Of a stretch of 64,000 bases of DNA, positions 50,248 through 64,000 are shown piece by piece (within the stretch, counting starts at the first letter, position 1; every line of letters starts with the position of its first letter). The notes beneath the pieces were generated by a model. That model saw only the letters and a list, made by a program, of their open reading frames with translations. It had not been told where the DNA came from and searched no databases. A program made the position numbers and the translations under genes. The stretch comes from Octopus sinensis (taxonomy: Eukaryota), in assembly GCF_006345805.1 (NCBI RefSeq), contig NC_043011.1, positions 50,914,464-50,978,463 of the forward strand, read 5' to 3'.

Positions 50248-52025
50248 GCAGAAGTAACCAGCACCTTCAACTGAATTATCACAAAAACTGCCATTTTGCC
50301 ACCCATCACTGACTTCAATTTCCCCCCAAATCACTCTTTAGATATGCTATGGTTGGGTCACAACTGAAACATGGTTAATGGAAAAGGCCTGCCAGAACAG
50401 AGTTGGCTTGTGGTTAGGCAACATAGACTAATATTCTGAAATGTTTTCTAACTATTAATGAGTTAATGGCTTACTGACCAAGGTGTTATCTCCATGTTAT
50501 ATTATGTCAAGGGCAAGCTAGCCTCCTTGGAAAGAGTAAGTGAAGAGATATGACTCAATGGTGAGTTAACATCTGTGCGATAGAACCTGCCAGCTAGTAA
50601 CTTAACATCACTGTGTAGTAATTACACTACAATGAATTACAGCGAGGGGGGTGTAAAGGGCCCTTGAAGTGAGAAGTTTTGTTAAGAGGCAGAACTAGTA
50701 CTGCAAAATACTATAAACACAGACTGACATGATCTTTATGAAATGCCAAGGAAGGACAAGAAGGAATGTATAGAAAGGTAATCTGTAGACATTAGCTTAC
50801 ACAACTAATATACACTAAATATTCTTAATAGTCACACTACCTCATTGTTTTCTATAGTAAGATTGAGGGAGGGAAATCGCAAAAGTAAACAATCTCTCCT
50901 TAAACAAGTTCTCACAAGAAAACCAACACAACACTGGAACCTACCAATCTTGCCATGGTTTAACCCCAGGTTGACCTATGACAAAAGGTGTTCTATCACC
51001 ATATATCCCACCATTGCCAACAGAAGGTTTACTCAGAACAAACATTATCCAACATCTTTATTGCAGATGGCAGGGTGCTATTTCTAGCAGGCTGAGTGAC
51101 CATGTAAAGGATGGGGTGGGGACTTCATGGTGTTGGTTTTCTCCCCAATCTGTGAATGTTTAACTTTGAAGTGATTATTCATTTAACTTTTAATCTGATG
51201 AATCCATATAGCTATGTGAAAAGATCCAAAGAGAATATTTGCTCGGGGTCTTAACACTTCAGCAGTCAGATTACTGTCAAATGAAATGCTTATCTTTTCA
51301 CATTGCTTTGAATTAATCATGCATTATCTCATAGCTTTAAGGTTTCAATGATGTGATTGTTTACCATACATTGTAGGGTAAATGTAAGAGGCGGGATCTG
51401 GCCACTTTGAACATTAAATGGAAAATATTTAGGCCAGAATGGGTTGTTTAAATGCTAAAGAATACACTTCATTTGTTTAAGACTTCTAACACTATACTAT
51501 ATACAATCCCTAGAACCCTATACCATATAATCCCTAAAACCCTATGTCATGTAGTCACTAAAACCCTATACTAAGATCTCTATTATCCTTCACTACATCT
51601 AAGATTCTTTCAGCAAGTAGATTTAAGATCACCATAGCCTGTTAGTTTAGCATCTGTTTTACCATGTGAGCATGGGTTTGGATGGGAGTTATTTGAAGCA
51701 GAACTCCTTAACTTGGTTTTTTCAAGCAATAGATTCCTTTATTCTACAGGTCTTTGAAAGAGCCACTGCCAATTTGATCAAGGTGACAAGTATGGAATAC
51801 AAATGTTCATGCACCCCTCCTCCTGCCAACATATATATACACAAGGTTAACCTGGGGTTAAAGAAACAGATCTAACACACAGGAGGCTAGCTACATGTCT
51901 AACTAAGTTTTAGATGTAAACATGCTCAAATAGCCATGTGATTTTCAATAGTTAAAGACAAAAATTGAGTTAATCCATCCATGAACCAGTAGGGCAACAC
52001 CTTTAATGCTGGGTCACAGTAACAA

Positions 52026-52463
52026 TAACCCTTTTGATGCCAACCCACCTTTGTTTCTATGATACAATCTTTCTGTTTAAAGTGATCTGAATTAAAACCT
52101 ACCAAAATTTCATGTTGATTTTATGTTTTCATAATGGTTCCAAATTTTGGCACAAGGCCAGCAAGTTTGGGAGAAGGGCTAAACTGATTACATCGACCTT
52201 ATTGCTCAGCTGGTACTTACTTTATTGACCCTGAGAGGATGAAAAGCAGGTTGGCCTTGGTGGAATTTGAACATAGAATGTAAAGACGGATGAAATACTA
52301 CTAAGCATTTTGCCTGGTGTGCTGACGACCCTGCCAGCTTGCTGCCTTGTTCTAAATACAAACCAAATAATGACAGTTATTTTACTAAATCCTTCACTAT
52401 TTTCAAAATTATCTGAAGTAAAGGCAGTGTATTTCAATGGAAATATGATAACAAAACGGTTAA
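52026..52463. mobile_element. Family D MITE interrupted by a minus-strand family B SINE (about 52132-52350)
   Basis: The MITE halves taacccttttgatgcc...ttatgttt and ...aataatgacagttattttact...acaaaacggttaa flank the SINE. Confidence 0.8.
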
Positions 52464-53725
52464 GGACAGGACAGAAATTTACAACTTTACAACAGAGCCG
52501 ACTACAAAAGCTATACCATCACCATCCCAAAAGACGAGGAGGCAAGCAAACAGATGACATGATTACAGACGAAACATCTTTGATAAGATATTTGCTCAAA
52601 CTCAGATGATCGGCTAGAAACTGTCTGGATAAAAGAAAAGAAAAGAAATTGCTCCCTGACTTAGGACTAAACAATAACAACTGAAGTGAGCAAGATTATT
52701 TCCTGGAAAAAACAAAAAAACAAAAACAAAAACACTTAAAAAACTGATGTCTATAACTGAAGAGTAAATGTGATGAAGATCTAATCTCTAATATTTCTAC
52801 TGAACATTTGAGAACTCAACAGTTCAACAAAGGAGTCTCTATATGGTTGTCCAACCCAACAGAAATAGCAGCCAACTTACCTATAAAAGTGATACTAAAT
52901 AAGTACACATTAGGTAGTGAACTCCTATGAAGCATCTACAAGATAAATTGCCTTTTCACACTATTTTGATACCAACCTACCTGAGACTGTGCCTAATTCT
53001 ACAATACAAAAGAAACTAATCTGTTTGCTGCAAATAAGTCAAAATAATAGAAAAATATCAAATAAACTGTTTTCTAATGTCAAAGTACACACACACACAC
53101 ACTGACTGATACTTAAAATGTAAAACCTTCAAAGAAATTCAAAAGATAAATTTCATAAAGAACCAAGATGAAGATTGCAGCACAGATATATTTTTTATTA
53201 CATATGAAAATTGTGGCGGAAAAACTAAATTTCAAACCTAACAGTTATCTGGTGACAACTGAAAGTACATATTGCTGGTGTAAAGCTGTGTCCCAGAGAG
53301 CAAAGGTAAGCGTTATGATGACCTACTTTTAAATAGCTAGCTGGAGCTGATTCACATAGTTTCATGTTTTGTGAAGAAGTTGCGAGAGAAGCATAAGCGT
53401 CTAAAAATCATTAGAGAAATGACATTGTTCACAAATAACCAAGCAGAAAGTAGAAACATAGATAACATTATTTTTGAGATACAACTAAGATTTGAGGTGA
53501 CAGCTGAATAAAAGCAATTCACTAATTCTGAGATGAGGAAGTTTTATATTATGTATCAGTCAGAATAGTGTCAACTTGATACTGCTATAGGCACAACGTA
53601 GTGGATAAAGGTGGTAGTTAATGCAGTGCAATCACCTAGAGGTTCTAAGTTCAATCCCAGTGCAAGGCACTAAGGTGAATCACAAAGCACCTGAAGTAGG
53701 CTGGAGTGCACACAACCAAAATATA

Positions 53726-53937
53726 TATTTCTTTACTACCCAAAAGGGGCCAAACACAGAGGGGACAAACAAAGAGATTAAGTCGATTACATCGACCCCA
53801 GTGCGTAACTGGTACTTAATATATCGACCCCGAAAGGATGAAAGGCAAAGTCGACCTCGGCGGAACTTGAACTCGGAACGTAAGGACAGATGAAATACGG
53901 CTACGCATTTCGGTGTGCTAACGTTTCTGCCAGCTCG
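53726..53937 (-). mobile_element. SINE family B, full length, 10-bp TSD
   Basis: ccaaaatata at 53716-53725 and 53938-53947; CpG-rich young copy. Confidence 0.92.
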
Positions 53938-56459
53938 CCAAAATATAGTGAAAGCAACAACCATGATGAGGACACCACTTCAACTAATACATAATAAATG
54001 AATAATGACAGGACCAAATACATTACGGTATTCAGTTCCATAATAAAATTTGGTGTAGAGTCAGCTTTGGTGTGTAGTATCACTGGAGGCTCATTTGTCT
54101 CATCCCTCTAGAGACAATAATATAAATTCTAGCTGTTGTTCTTTAAACAAGTCATCCTTGATCATGCAGGTCTATGCTCAAAGGCATCCTATTTGTAATC
54201 ATCCAGTCTTTCTTTCAAATGTAACATGTTCAGGACTCTACCATACAATGCATTTTTCTCCTCGGTGTAAATTATGAAGATAATTTGGCTGCTATTCCAG
54301 TTGTTAAGTGACCATGTAGAGCTTCTCATCTATATACTATGTCTGATACAATTAACTGCAAAATCTATTAAGAAATTATTATCATGATTATTTCTAGGAG
54401 CCAGCTGAATTGCTTTCTCTTTCCAGTAACTGCCGTCTAAAATATTGCATTTATTCATGTATAATGCAAGAAATTTTAGACAAAACAAATGAAGTGGGAT
54501 TAAGCATTATACCTGAGTGTGTGTATCAGAAAATAGCATATAATACTGATTTTTAGGCTAAAAGGTGAAGGAAGCAGAGGCACATTATATTCTACATCAT
54601 TCTGTACTTTAGTAAAAAATCTGGTAAATAATAAAATAATTTTAAGATGTTGTGTGTGTCTAGCTCCAGAAATTTGTAAATAACAAGTTGCTATTACTAT
54701 TACTAAGCAAATAGTATCTGTACTTATGGTAGCAACCAGAGAATGTCTAGTTTCAAACCTAAAAACTGTTCACCACTTAGATAAATGCCAGTAACATCTA
54801 AGATAGACACAGTAAACATGTCAGACAACAGAACAATTGAATTACTCCCCTTCATCCCCACAAAACCCCCCATTTTGTTGCAGTAGTTAGCAATATCCTA
54901 TTGTTAATAGGCAACCAAGAGGTTGTTGAGTCACACAATTGGAATTGACAACAGCATCAATATTAATAGAATAAGGAACTTTATTGTCTCGGACTAATTA
55001 ATATATTAGGTTCTAATAAAACACCAAGAAATTAAATATTAGAATGCATCAAGATGTAATAGGAATGGTTTGGAGATGTGATAAGCACAATGAAAAGATG
55101 CTAGGAGCTCAAGGCAGTAGCAGTAGGTAAGAGACAGGAGGTAAATATGACTAACAGTGTTAGTCTTTGGCTAACAATAACTAAGACAGTCTGGTTGGTT
55201 AGTGAAGAGGTGGAGCTACAGATGACTCTCAAAACTAGGATTCTCAAAAGATATATGAATATACAAGAAATATACAGATCACTTGATACTATACTGTAAA
55301 GAAAGAAAACATCAGTTGTTTAGTCCCAGGTCAGTCCCATCATTAACGTGACTACCATATCTTTTTAGGAGAATGTTGGCTACATTAAATTATCTGCTGT
55401 GTGCTTTCCTTATTTAACTCTCTAGTTACCACAGTTCTATTGAAATAGCCAAAAAAAAACCTCATTATCAAACTGGTGCTTGCAACACAAATTAACGTGA
55501 AGTTTTGATGGAAAGTTTTATTGTAAATCACTTTAAACAGGAGGGTTGTACCGTAGCTGCAAGGGTGGTCTCAGATGAGCTAAGAGAGAAAGGTGTGTGC
55601 AGTGACAATGTAGAAACTCACCCATCATCAGATTTATATGTCCAACTATTTTCCAGTAGATGTAGAAGAGTTCACATCTTTCATAAAGGTTGACAACACC
55701 AATTATTTTTATAAACAAATAACCAAAAAATTTTTCTTTTTCTTTTATTTATTAAGTCTGATTGATAAAGCAAATGACAAGGGACAAATTCCACAAGATT
55801 TAATATATAAAAAAGTATGTATATGCCATTGATGACTTCCTACATCTGCTAACAACACCCGAGAGATATATTTATTCATCGTATACAGTAATTGTCACAG
55901 TGAAATTTGTATAATACACACTAAAATCCAATATATTCTGTTGAGTTTTTCCTTTGATTAAACTGGCCAATATTAATATAAAACAAAAATTTACTTTTGC
56001 GTCTCTCTTTTTTAATACTTATTCAAGATTCAATTAGATTACATCGGGAAGAAAATTGAAAAAAGCATCTCCATGAATATCTAGGCAATGTTTTTCATTT
56101 TTTCTTTTCTAAAGAAACAGTTATTGTGTGTCATTTATACTCAGATGAGCAAATTAATTAAAAAAAAATTCCATAGAAAATTGCTCGTGTTACACACATC
56201 ACTTCAGACAGCAAAATAGAGATAAATTATGAAGTTACCATCTCATGAGTTACAAGTTCATATCTACTTCAAAGTGGTTCAGCTTTCAGGGCAAGAAGAT
56301 TTAAATGCAAATTATGAAAGCCAGAATTATTAAACACTAACTCTTTACAGATTGCATATAAATGGTTCACATTCAACATGCACAATGTGTAAAATGGTTC
56401 TGCTGCAAATTGAGATATTTGCATGCATACTGTTTAGGTGCAGATGTAATTATAGGCAG

Positions 56460-56805
56460 AGGCATAACTATAAGATGAAGAAGCTTGCTTCCCATCCATG
56501 TGGTCTCAGGTTCAGTCCCACCGTGCTGTGCCTCATACAAGTGTCTTCTATTATAGGCCCAAAGCCTTGTGAATGGATTTGGTAGATGTCCATCATGTGT
56601 ATACTACTCTTGTCTTGATATTGTCACCATCATACAAATGATGCTGTTCATTTCTAGTCTTCCATGAAAGACGTATTTGGCTATGGGAAAATATTACCTT
56701 GTTTGGAAACAGGAGAGAGTTGGTGACAGGAAGGGCTCCCAGTCGCAGAAACTCTGTTTTAGATGAATTCTGTTGGACTCATGCAAACATGGAAAAGTGG
56801 AAGTT
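56460..56805 (+). mobile_element. SINE family A head with (GAT)n-type tail, diverged
   Basis: Head plus ttggaaacaggagagagttggtgacaggaagggc...atgcaaacatggaaaagtgga. Confidence 0.72.
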
Positions 56806-57327
56806 ACAATTACTACTGCTACTAATTTATGGAGCAAAATGAAGAATAAAACAAAATAAAAGTGACTGTTTAAAGAGGAAGACAAAAAAAGGAAAGAAAA
56901 TCTAGCCATCTGCCTCTCACTTGCTCTTACCCCAGCAGCACAGAAATAATAGGACTAAATACCTATAGAGCCTATAAGCTTTAAACTCTGATGACATGGA
57001 TTCTGATTAGAAAAGACTAACAAGCAAAGATACAATATTTATGTGAACACTTATGAATATTATTAGAGTAATCCGGATTATAGAGGTACAAGTTATTAGA
57101 GATAAATACAAATCATATCATAAAGTAATAATACATGATTAAACACACACACACACACACAAACGAGTTTATAAAAATAGACATTTTTGAAGCATTTTCA
57201 CAAACATTTGTAATAAACAGTCAGTTTGAAGAAAATCTAAATTACTTACAATTAATTAACTAGGTTTAAGTCATGTCCCTTTTTGTCAAAAAAAAAAAAA
57301 AGTAAAGCTAAGCCATTTGATAAAATA

Positions 57328-57614
57328 CATCATCGTTTAACGTCCGTTCTCCATGCTAGCATGGGTTGGACGGTTCGACCGGGGATCTGGGAAGCCAGAA
57401 GGCTGCACCAGGCTCCAGTCTTATCTGGCAATGTTTCTACAGCTGGATGCCCTTCCTAACGCCAACCACTCCGTGAGTGTAGTGGGTGCTTTTTACGTGC
57501 CACCTGCACAGGTGCCAGGCGAGGCTGGCAACGGCCACGGTCGGATTGGTGTATTTTATGTGCCACCGGCACGGAAGCCAGTCGAGGCGGCGCTGGCATC
57601 GGCCACGAGTCGGA
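57328..57614 (-). mobile_element. Family C retroposon
   Basis: Reverse complement of the body plus two gtgcNggtggcac..aaaa..cacc units. Confidence 0.9.
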
Positions 57615-57914
57615 TAATTTAAGTAAAGGGGTTACAATGAATAAAATCTGAAAGAATATTAAAACGAAGTCACCTTGAGTGGGTGCCTGAACAATTACTT
57701 CTCTATTTTTGAGGAAAACTCACCATCATGTATCATCTTAACATTTACAGAAAACAGAAGCATCTACTGGCTCTATTAACTATTATTGGCACCCAAAAGC
57801 CTTAAAAGGTATTGAAATCTTGTGTCATGAAAAGTACTTGATGTGGTTCTTTGCAGATATATTTTTTAGAATGGCCTTCCTTGTTACAGGTTCTAGAAAT
57901 GAAGCTAGGAATCT

Positions 57915-59728
57915 TCTTTTATCTTTTACTTGCTTCAGTCATTGCACTACAGTCATGCTAGGACACTACTTTGAAGAGTTTAATCAAACAAATTGACCTC
58001 AGTACTTACTTTTTGAAGTCTGGTACTTATAACAAACACAAACATATTTATATGATGGAATTCCACACACTTTCCATCTACCAAATTTACTCACAAGGCA
58101 TCGGTTGGCCAGGGCTTATAGTAGAAGACACTTGGCTAAGGTACCATGTAGTGGGACTGGACCAGAAACCATGTGGTTGCAAAGCAAACCTCTTAAATTC
58201 ATTATTTCTTATCACTTTGCAAATGAATAGTAATATATTACATGTAATTTGGATTCCCTGTTCTTGTTTGTTAAGGTTACAGCAGAACTAGTCCCCTTTC
58301 TAGAGAAGGCTAAAAAGGACAAAGTGTCTAGAGAAAAATCTGAGGTTGCTCAGTCTCTGGTTTGAAAAGCCTAATCTAATCAGTCCCCTATAGAAGTTTA
58401 CTCAAAAATCTCCATATTTTTCATTATTTTCAAAATTGATGGAAACATTCAGATAATGTGCTTCATCAGGAATATGATCAGAAAAAAGAGACTGATTAGC
58501 AAAATCATTATAGTATTGGATAGACCATCAAATGTTATTTGTCCTGGTGCCTTACACTCAGAGATCAAATCCAGCCAAGGTCAACTTTGCCTTTCATTCT
58601 TTTGGGGTTGATATAAAAAAAAAAAAAAAATCACCATGTGCAGGGTGGAAGATTGGAAGAACTGTTACAATGTTGAAAATGCCTTGATATTTTCCCCCCA
58701 GCTCTTTCTAATATGACAGCAACATTTGTGCTGATACTGATAACAAGCTGCATTGGCCCAAGTTGGTGGCTTTTCGCTTGGAAAGAGTAGACTTGCATGT
58801 ATGGGGAACTGCCAGTCTTGCTCAAAGTATCTCACCCAGGATTGGATATATATGGGCAGATGAATGTTTAGAGTAGTGAAGGAGGTCCTATCCACTTACC
58901 TTTCACTCTATACACACATATAGTCTATGTGGCTGCATGTTAAGAAGTTTGCTTCCCAACCACATGGTTCCAAGTTCAGTCCCATTACATGGCACCTTGG
59001 GAAAGAGTTTTCTACTATAGCCTCAGGCTAACCAAAATCTTGTGAGTGAATTTGGTAGACAGAAACTGAAAGAAGTGCATTGTGTATATACACATATACA
59101 TATCTGTTTGTGTATCTGTTTACCCCCACCACAACTTAGCAACCAGTGTTGGTTTGTTTACATCCCCATAACTTAGCAGTTCAGCAAAAAGAAACCAACA
59201 GAATAAGTATTAGGCTTCAAAAAAAAAAAGTAAGTACTGAAGTTACTTTATTTGACCAAGAAATTCTTCAAGACAGTACTCCACCATGGCAGCAGTCTGA
59301 TGCCTAAAACAAGTAACAGACAGAAAAGACACATACACATTATATATAGGAGTGGTTGTGTAGTAAGAAGCTTGGTTCTCGATCACATGGTTCCAGGTTC
59401 AATTCCACTGTGTGGCAGCTTGGGCAAGTGTCTTCAACTATAGCCTTGGGTTGACAAAAGCCATTGTGAGTGGATTTGGTAGACAGAAACTGAAAGTTCA
59501 TCGTATATATATATATTTATTTGTGTGTCTGTGTTTGCCCCCACCCCCACCCCATCGCTTGACACCAATGTTGGTGTGTTTACATCCCTGTAATGTAGCG
59601 GTTTGGCTAACGAGACTGATAGAATAAGTACTATGCTTACAAAAAATAAGTCGTGGGGTTGATTTGTTTGACTAAAGGCAGTGCTCCAGCATGGCTGCAG
59701 TTAAATGACTGAAACAACTAAAAGAATA
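57915..59728. mobile_element. Cluster of family A SINEs (minus 57915-58195; plus 58925-59325 and 59347-59728)
   Basis: Head, core and tail matches to the 22371 copy. Confidence 0.82.
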
Positions 59729-59754
59729 TATATGTGCATATACGTGTGTGTCTA

Positions 59755-59795
<41 letters not shown>

Positions 59796-61549
59796 GTCAC
59801 AAAAGCCTCAGGTTTATAAAGCCAGCAGAGAGTGAAGTGAAAGTTGTTTACAGTTTTGACATGCCTTTCCACAGTTGTGTTCCAAATTGAGAAAAAGCTT
59901 TTACATTAGACACAAGACAGCAATACCAACAGAACATAAAATTATATACTTTGAAGCACAAATGATGATTAAAACCAAGACTGATCAAAATTCATATCCG
60001 TGGTACTATCAAGGAGGAATTAAGACAACTAATTAACTTGATTTGCTTCTGTAATCCATCAGCGTAAACACTAAATAAAAAGTGGTATGCAGCAACTCAA
60101 CTAAAAATCTGTAAAAACAATACTATTTATAGAACTTTAGGCTGTACTGTGAGATTTTATATTACTGGAATTTAAATATCTATTCATGATAAAATATTTC
60201 TGTGTAAGGATTGAACTGTACTGGTCAACTCTACAACTCACCTTACTATAATCTCAACTGAACCCATGTCTACAAGAAAGCCCAACAACAATCAAATGTG
60301 CCCATGATAGATAGAACTGGTCAAATCTAACTTTTCCTACAACAACAGAACCTACACAAACAAGGAGGACCTACAACAGCCAGTATGCTCACAGAGACAA
60401 ACAGCATCATTCAGTAAACAAGGTTTAGTTACTGCTATTGTTTAGAACCTGATCAGCCCTCAACAGACTTGTGTCACAGGCGTTCTAGATTCTTTCAGAC
60501 ATACTGTATATAATACTGTTATTCTTCCATTTTAAGATGGTATGGATTTGATTTAAGGGAGACTAGGTGGTTATTTGCAGGAGGCCAGGTCACCCCCAAC
60601 CCCACTGTTACCATCACATTTCGGATCTCTTGTTAATTTGTCATTATCATAAATATAATAAGTAGTGGATTAACATAGACAGTGCTGGATTAGGTGCCTA
60701 CATACTATTTAGTTGCATTCCTTTTTATCCCTATCAAGTTTATCAGCTAAACACCAGTCATGTAGTTGTGCCTGTTAGAAATTATTACCATTGTTGCCAT
60801 TTTAGGGATGATAATAAAGCAAGCTGTGACATCCACACCTTCCTGAGGGAATTAGTATTACAAGCAAAGAAGTTTTGGGGGCTTGGTTAAAAATACATTA
60901 AAAGATTAGTAAACATGACCCAAGGTAACTGTTTTCTCCTTTCTCTAAAAAAAAGTAGATTGTTTAAGAAGTATGACACAAGTCTGGAGGAAATGTACAA
61001 CAAGATCTCACAACAAAGACTGTGTGTGCAAAAGAAAAGAGAAAGATAATGGATTATATCTCTATGTGCATGTGCAAATGGACTGTAAACTAGACATAAC
61101 AATGACAAGATATGGGCTCTTGAAGCTACTAACGACAAAATTGTTGGGATTAAATATTTTAATGTCATTATATAGGGGCCTAGTAAATAAGGATGTCAGT
61201 GTTGTTAATTAACTCCATATGAACCTTGATTGAGCAGACCTACGAACAAAGGCAATCCAACTAAGACCATCTCAGTGTTTTTTTCTCAGTTTTATGTACT
61301 CCAGCTTACATTATCTAAAATATCCTTCATTTAGTATGGTAGTATGCAGCCTGAGTGAGATTTGGTTGCTTTTTCTAGCAGACTGAGATGCACAAAGGCC
61401 ATTGTTTCGTGGATAGACATTCTATACAGGCATTGAAATAACACACACAAAAATATGATTATGATAATCATGAATTAGGACTAAAAATATTTATGTTGTT
61501 AATAATATGACCTGAGAAAAATGTGTAATGTGTAATGTTACTTTCAGTC

Positions 61550-61935
61550 CCATTTGAGTCACTTTGGGCCAGTATCTTCTACAGTAGCCACTAGCTGACC
61601 AATGCCTTGTGAGAGGATTTGGTAAGTGAAAACTGCACAGAAGCCCACTGTGTGAGTGTGTATCGATTTGCCCCACCATTTGACAATTGGTATAGGTTTG
61701 AGAAAGAGACTGACAGAATAAGTACCAGGGTTGATTCGACTGAACCCTTTCAAGGTGGTGCTCCAGCATGGGGAGGGCTGGCTAAGTCAATCACATCAAC
61801 CCCAGTACTTGATTGGTACTTAATTTATCGACTCTGAAATTTGAATATCGGCAGAATTTGAACTCAGAACTTAAGACAAACAAAACGCAACTAAGCATTT
61901 TGGTCAGCTTACTAACGATTCTGCCAGCTCGTCAC
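61550..61935. mobile_element. Abutting family A (plus) and family B (minus) SINE fragments
   Basis: The family A tail ending ggtgctccagcatgg is joined to family B ccccagtact...gaatttgaactcagaac...ttctgccagctc. Confidence 0.7.
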
Positions 61936-62559
61936 CTTTTTAATAATAATAATAATAAAAATAGTTGTAGCTTTGTTGTATTTGATCCTGTAAGTCAAAT
62001 GAATAATAATTTTAGTGTCAAAGGTGATATAATGGAAGTGTAAATATGAGGGCTATGTTAAATAAGGAGAAGAAACAACAGCCGCTCTCTCAAACAATAA
62101 ACACAACAGTTTCTGGTAGCTAAAACCTGACACAAGTCAACACAACTACACCTTCATGACAAGTCTGTGTGCAGATGCATATTTATTTTCAGCTGTGTGT
62201 GTGAATGCCTTTCTCTGGTTGCATTTTTGTTTGGATTTTTAACACCTAAAATAGGGTCAGGACTCATAAAAAGCAAACTAACTGTATGGCTTTTCTGATG
62301 CTCTAACAGCCAATCCTATCGTTTCTTCACTTGACAAGTGGATGATTAATTCTCTGAACAAAACAGTTCATAATGCAAACCCCACAGCCTTGCCTTGTGT
62401 GAGAAACCATTTCACACCCACATAATAAATAAAAACAAAAATGCTAGATGATAGAATATGTATATTTTTTACATTAAGTAAATAGAGAAAGCGAATAATT
62501 TAATTTAATCTAGTGTTCAAATACTGTCTAGGTCAAGCTCAACATAATTTGATCTGTAA

Positions 62560-62900
62560 GTGTAGGCATGGCAGCATGTTTAAGAAACTTGCTTTGCAAC
62601 CATGTGGTTTCAGGTTCAATCCTACTGTGCAGCACCTTGGGCTAGTGCCTTCCACTATATACCTAAATCAGTTAATGCTTTGTGAGTGAATTTGGTACAC
62701 AAAAACTGTGGAAGTTTGCTGTGTGTGTGTGTGTGTGTGTGTGTTTGTGTACCAGCATACTTTTTGTTTGTGTTGACCTCACCACCATTAACAGGTCCAC
62801 AAAAGAAACGAATAGAAGATGTATCAGATGCAAAAAAACAAAACAAAACAAAAAGTACTTGGATTGATTTGTTCAACTAAACCATGAAGGTGGTGCCTTT
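62560..62900 (+). mobile_element. SINE family A, diverged
   Basis: caaccatgtggtttcaggttcaatcctactgtgcagcaccttgggc..., with a (TG)n middle. Confidence 0.75.
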
Positions 62901-63487
62901 TTCAGTAAAGGCCTTAAAGTGTCTGTCAGTGGCAAATTATTATTCAAGAAAGCCATGAGAACACTCAGCACCACCCTTTCTCTCCCCGCCTGGAGTGCCA
63001 ATGTAATAAAAGCTGTATATTCCACAAAAAGAATATCATTAAATCAAAATTGCTACCAACGGAAATATTACTTGAACTATCACATGCCATGCCTCTCACA
63101 GAAGTTTGCAAAACCCAGCTGTTGGGTTATATGTGTGCGAGTGTAAATATCTATATATAATCTAAGTATGGTAAAATATATCAATAATATATTTTACATA
63201 GTGCAAACATTAGCTGGTATAGAACTCAATTCACTGGGTCATATACTTGTGTGTATGTGTGTGTGTTTACATGAAGGTGAGGTAGGAGCAATCAATGATT
63301 ACAAGAGCAGGTGTCTGTGTATATAAAATATATTAGGAATATTATTTTGAGGAAGTAAAAACCAAATATTTCTTTTTCTCGTGTTAATTTCTATACAAAA
63401 ACAAAATCAAGGAACAAATCAGTTCAATAAAAGCTCTTAATATATTCCAGTTATGGCCATCCTGTTATCTTTTGGATATATTAACCA

Positions 63488-63697
63488 TTTAAACTTTTTG
63501 ATACCAACTCGCTCAACACTGACCATGCTTCCATGATACAAATTTCCCGTTTAAAAGCAATCTAAATTATAATCTTCCATCAAAATTCCATAGTTTAACA
63601 GTGATAGAGTTATTTTACTAAATTGTTTGTTATTTTTGAAATTAGTAGCATCAAAGACAGTGTATTTCAAGAGAAATAAGGTAACAAAAGGATTTAA
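63488..63697. mobile_element. piggyBac-like MITE family D
   Basis: ttaaactttttgatacc...ggtaacaaaaggatttaa. Confidence 0.72.
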
Positions 63698-64000
63698 GAG
63701 GAGAGGGTATGAGAGATCTGGTTATCCTATGCTTGTGAGTTGAAATCGAATGCAACCAACTTCTCTACTTTTCAGACAATCAAAATCAGTGAAATACATT
63801 CCTTCTCATAACACAACCTATTCAATTCACAAACACACCCACTACATACTCAAGTGCCGTGTACTGTAAATAAAGACTTCCTGTGAAATGAAATTGAAGT
63901 ATTGATAGATCTAAATGCACTCAAAACACACACACACACACATATTGAGCCACCAAGAGAATCTGTTAAGGCTAGATTGGATAATGTATTACTTAGTGTA

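Noticed and set aside
53313-53352. C/D-box-like ATGATGA...CTGA
   Set aside because: Too short (under 40 nt), antisense to the host gene, and no terminal stem.
60200-60420. Possible Penelope RT fragment (NFSYNNRTY)
   Set aside because: One weak motif with no collinear support.

Overview
AT-rich, repeat-dense eukaryotic genomic DNA. The SINE families and intron architecture suggest an octopus (coleoid cephalopod) genome; this is inference, no search was run. The only host gene I can support is on the minus strand. Three small exons (35897-35990, 8423-8541, 7524-7620) have canonical GT-AG sites and matching phases. They splice to MQRRLDEQ|QQQRPPNPSESYSGLVQTSQRFEPVNNMPSGLQYSVQNYP|VNPSNHHTPHHSHHGVQQTGHLSANVPPSQQQ, which matches the N-terminus of the co-repressor SIN3A up to just before PAH1. 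None of the supplied ORFs captures this reading frame. The rest is intron, filled with tRNA-headed SINEs, a young (GAT)n-tailed retroposon with tandem 63-bp units, TTAA-flanked piggyBac-like MITEs, RTE-type LINE fragments, a decayed Academ-like (XPG + Cys-finger) transposon, and a Penelope-like inverted insertion carrying a degenerate hammerhead ribozyme. I found no convincing new multi-gene system. The most interesting items are RNA-structure modules inside mobile elements and features of the Sin3a start region.
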